DNA of 63,093 nt, filler included, from Octopus bimaculoides (lineage: Eukaryota): NCBI RefSeq assembly GCF_001194135.2. It is 3 parts of 3 records of this genome, joined end to end, with 100 filler letters (N's around TTAATTAATTAA, not from the genome) between each part and the next. Parts side by side here need not be neighbours in the genome. Positions count along the whole stretch, not along the records: positions 57,800 to 63,093 come from NC_068994.1; 2 more parts are not named here. One strand, 5' to 3'. A model generated the notes under the pieces. It did not search any database. It worked only from the letters and a program-made list of their open reading frames with translations, and had not been told where the DNA came from. Positions 60,371-63,093 of the stretch are shown here, piece after piece. A program made the translations under genes and the position numbers. Position 1 is the stretch's first letter, and every line of letters starts with the position of its first letter.

Positions 60371-61012
60371 GGCGGATTGTATAGAGACGTTGGATATAAA
60401 AACTCATAAAACCTGAACGTCCATACCATTGACAGATTCAGGAAGAAAGATCCCTGATTGAAATATTCAAAGCATCTGATTTAAGCCAGTGGTTCTCAAC
60501 TTTTTTAATATCCGGGCCAATCCAAAACCTGGATTTTTTAAGGGGGCTGCACCAAAAGAAGTAAAACATAAGTCAATTAAAGAAAAATTTATATTTATTG
60601 AGGAAAAACCGTCGGGGGACACCGGAAGGATGCTTGAGGGCCACACGTGACCCTGGAAGCTGCGGTTGAGAACAGCTGATTTAAGCACTAACATTAGCAC
60701 TAAACTGACTACAGCCAAATTTTAGACAAACGAGAAACCATATACATACACTAAAATTCAACCAGCCAACATCCATATTTAAGTATCTTGCGGGGATCAT
60801 TAATAGAAGAGTTATCATCCTATCATTCATGCAACGGCATTTTTCAACAAGACCGCAGTAAGCCGTGGATTTGGAGAGAAACATATTTCATATACATAAC
60901 AGTACGAAGAGAAAAATGCAGTCTGGTTTAATCCCTCCTTTAACGTGAATATAAGCAGAAACACAGCTGGGAGCATTTTATTCATAGTAAGACACATATT
61001 CCAGAAATACGT
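60371..61012 (+). mobile_element. Penelope-like element RT/thumb relic interrupted by a hAT MITE
   Basis: GGLYRDVG (decayed YRDDG), LIEIFKASDL|S|TNISTKLTTAKF, IHTLKFNQPTSIFKYLAGIINRR, VWFNPSFNVNI. Confidence 0.8.
60487..60678. mobile_element. hAT-superfamily MITE (192 bp) with 14-bp TIRs and an 8-bp TSD
   Basis: TIRs CAGTGGTTCTCAAC / GTTGAGAACAGCTG (12/14); identical TSD ATTTAAGC at 60479-60486 and 60679-60686. Confidence 0.93.
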
Positions 61013-61189
61013 CAATCAAATTATTTAGCATTAATTATATTAAGGTTAGCTAGTCATGTATGGATGACACTCCCTTCTAGATCTCCCATTACAACTAAAG
61101 ATATATATGCAGTCAGCGCCCACTCACCTACTGCCATATAAATGTAAAAACCCCTGATGATACGTACAGGAATTACATGATGTTTGTCG

Positions 61190-61470
61190 CAGGCTTCTTT
61201 CAAATATCCACTCACAAGGCTTTGGTCGGCCCGAGGCTATAGTAGAAGACACTTAGCCAAGATGTCACGCAGTGGGACTGAGCCCGGAACCATATGGTTG
61301 GGAAGCAAGCTTCTTACCACACAGCCACTTCTTTTAGTTGCCACTCACAAAGCTTTAGTCGACCTTGAGCTATTGTAAAAGACTCTCGGTGAAGGTACCG
61401 CTCAGTGGACCGAACCCATGACTATATGGTTAGTAAGCAAGTACGTTAACCACACAGCCATATCTGCACC
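61190..61470 (-). mobile_element. Two tandem SINE family B heads
   Basis: CCACTCACAAGGCTTTGGTCGGCCCGAGGCTATAGTAGAAGACAC...GGAAGCAAGCTTCTTACCACACAGCC, then a second diverged copy from about 61340. Confidence 0.85.
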
Positions 61471-61489
61471 TAATTGTGTGGGTGTGAAT

Positions 61490-61865
61490 GTGTGCGTACA
61501 GATGTATGTGTGTGCGTGTGTACAGATGTGTAAGCGTGTGAGTGTATGTACAGATGTGTGTGTGTGTACAGATGTGTGTGTGTGTACAGATGCGTGTGTG
61601 TATAGATGTGTGTGTGTGTACAGATGTGTGTGTGTACAGATGTGTGTGTGTGTACAGATGAATGTGTGTGTGTACAGATGTGTGGGGGTGTACAGATGTG
61701 TGTGTGTGTACAGATGTGTGTGTTTGTGCTTGTACAGAAGTGTGTGTGTGTGTACAGATGTGTATGTTTATGTGCACAGATATATGTGCGTTTGTACAGA
61801 TGTTTGTGTAGTGTACAGCTGTTTGTGTGTGCATGTGTGTGTATGTATAGATGTTTGTGTGTGTG
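61490..61865 (+). repeat. Minisatellite TACAGATG(TG)n with variable unit length
   Basis: Direct inspection; this explains the VCTDVC/HTHL pseudo-ORFs. Confidence 0.92.
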
Positions 61866-62093
61866 TATGTGCGTGGGTGTGGGTGTGTGTTTGCACACGG
61901 ATAAATACTTTAGTGTTTAATAAGAAGACGTATACACAGGTATGCTGCCATGCATGTTAATTAGAGCGGAGCTATCGCTTCTCTGGAATACATTTGTGAC
62001 TTGTTCGTTTCTAAACACACACACACACACACAAAACTTTCGAAAGAAATACATAAACATATATAGAGACATGTTCGAATTTGTTTGTGCGTT

Positions 62094-62166
<73 letters not shown>

Positions 62167-62227
62167 TTGTGTGCGTGTGAGTGTATTTGATTTCTCTCTA
62201 AACATACACATATATATATATTTACAT

Positions 62228-62390
62228 ATGTGTGTATGGTTGTGCGTGTGTATGAGTGTGCGTGTGTATGAGTGTGCGTGTGTATGAGTGTGCGTGTGTA
62301 TGGTTGTGCGTGTGTATGAGTGTGCGTGTGTATGGGTGTGCGTGTGTATGGGTGTGCGTGTGTATGAGTGTGCGTGTGTATGAGTACACC
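62228..62390 (+). repeat. Minisatellite built on a 14-bp unit GTGTGTATGAGTGTGC-like
   Basis: Direct inspection. Confidence 0.85.
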
Positions 62391-62539
62391 TGTGCTTCTG
62401 TGTGTGTGTGTGTCTGGATGAGTGCGCCAGTGTTTCTCTGCGTGTGTGTGCGCGTGTGTGTATATGTGGTTGTTAGGTTTCTCTCTAAGTGTACATTATA
62501 TATATGTGGTTTTATATATATGAATATATCTGCGTTTCT

Positions 62540-62576
<37 letters not shown>

Positions 62577-62598
62577 ACGTTTCTCTTCAAGTGTGCAG

Positions 62599-62634
<36 letters not shown>

Positions 62635-62929
62635 GTTTGTGTGTGTGAATGTGATTGTATGAGTACATCTGTTTCTCTGTGTATGTGTGTGTGTATGAGT
62701 ATGTCTCTGTTTCTGTTCGTGTGTGTGTGTGTGTGTGTGAGAGAGAGATAGTATGAGTACGTCACTGTTTATCTGTGTGTGCATGTGTGTGTGTGTGTGT
62801 TTAACTACGTGTGTATATCTATCTATTCGTCAGCAGTATTTATAAAGTTGGACTTTAATGTTATACGGAGCTGGAAGTGTCGGGGATGGCGTAGGGTGTG
62901 CTTCTGTCGTTGATTATGTGATGAGGGTG

Positions 62930-63093
62930 GGAGTAGGGATGGTGGTGGTGGTGTTGGTGGTGATGGTAGTGGTAGTACCGGTGGTAGTGTCGGCCGTGGC
63001 AGTGATTGTAGCTGTGATTGTGGTTGTGGTTGTGGTTGTTGTTGTTGTGGTGGTGCTGGTTACGCTGGGTGTGTTACTGGTGGTGGTGGCGAT
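62930..63093. repeat. Degenerate (GGT/GTT)n low-complexity tract running off the window edge
   Basis: Direct inspection. Confidence 0.85.

Overview
AT-rich, microsatellite-saturated eukaryotic draft-assembly window with many N gaps. The SINE families, RTE/CR1/Penelope content and CA/TA/ATT microsatellite load point to an octopus (coleoid cephalopod) genome; this is inference from recalled repeat families, not a database search. No host protein-coding gene could be identified with confidence, so the window looks intergenic or intronic. Most ORF-track entries are microsatellite or N-run artefacts, and every recognisable protein-like segment is a transposon relic: CR1, L1/Tx1, R4/Dong, RTE, Penelope-like (PLE), Tc1 DD36E, mariner, a probable Chapaev3-type CMC element and hAT MITEs. 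The most interesting signal is non-coding. Three unrelated type I hammerhead-ribozyme folds (38898-38956 +, 28178-28229 +, 48279-48346 -), plus half-motifs at 1457 and 51712, sit in the same window as PLE RT and GIY-YIG relics. One lies inside a 341-bp unit bounded by 34-bp inverted repeats. This suggests a family of small non-autonomous ribozyme-bearing PLE derivatives (retrozyme-like). Other notable items: an RTE LINE ending in three C2H2 fingers, a DD36E (Incomer-like) Tc1 relic, a 37-bp LINE-templated patch inside a SINE, a p53-site-like triplication, and two synthetic N44-TTAATTAATTAA-N44 scaffold joins.
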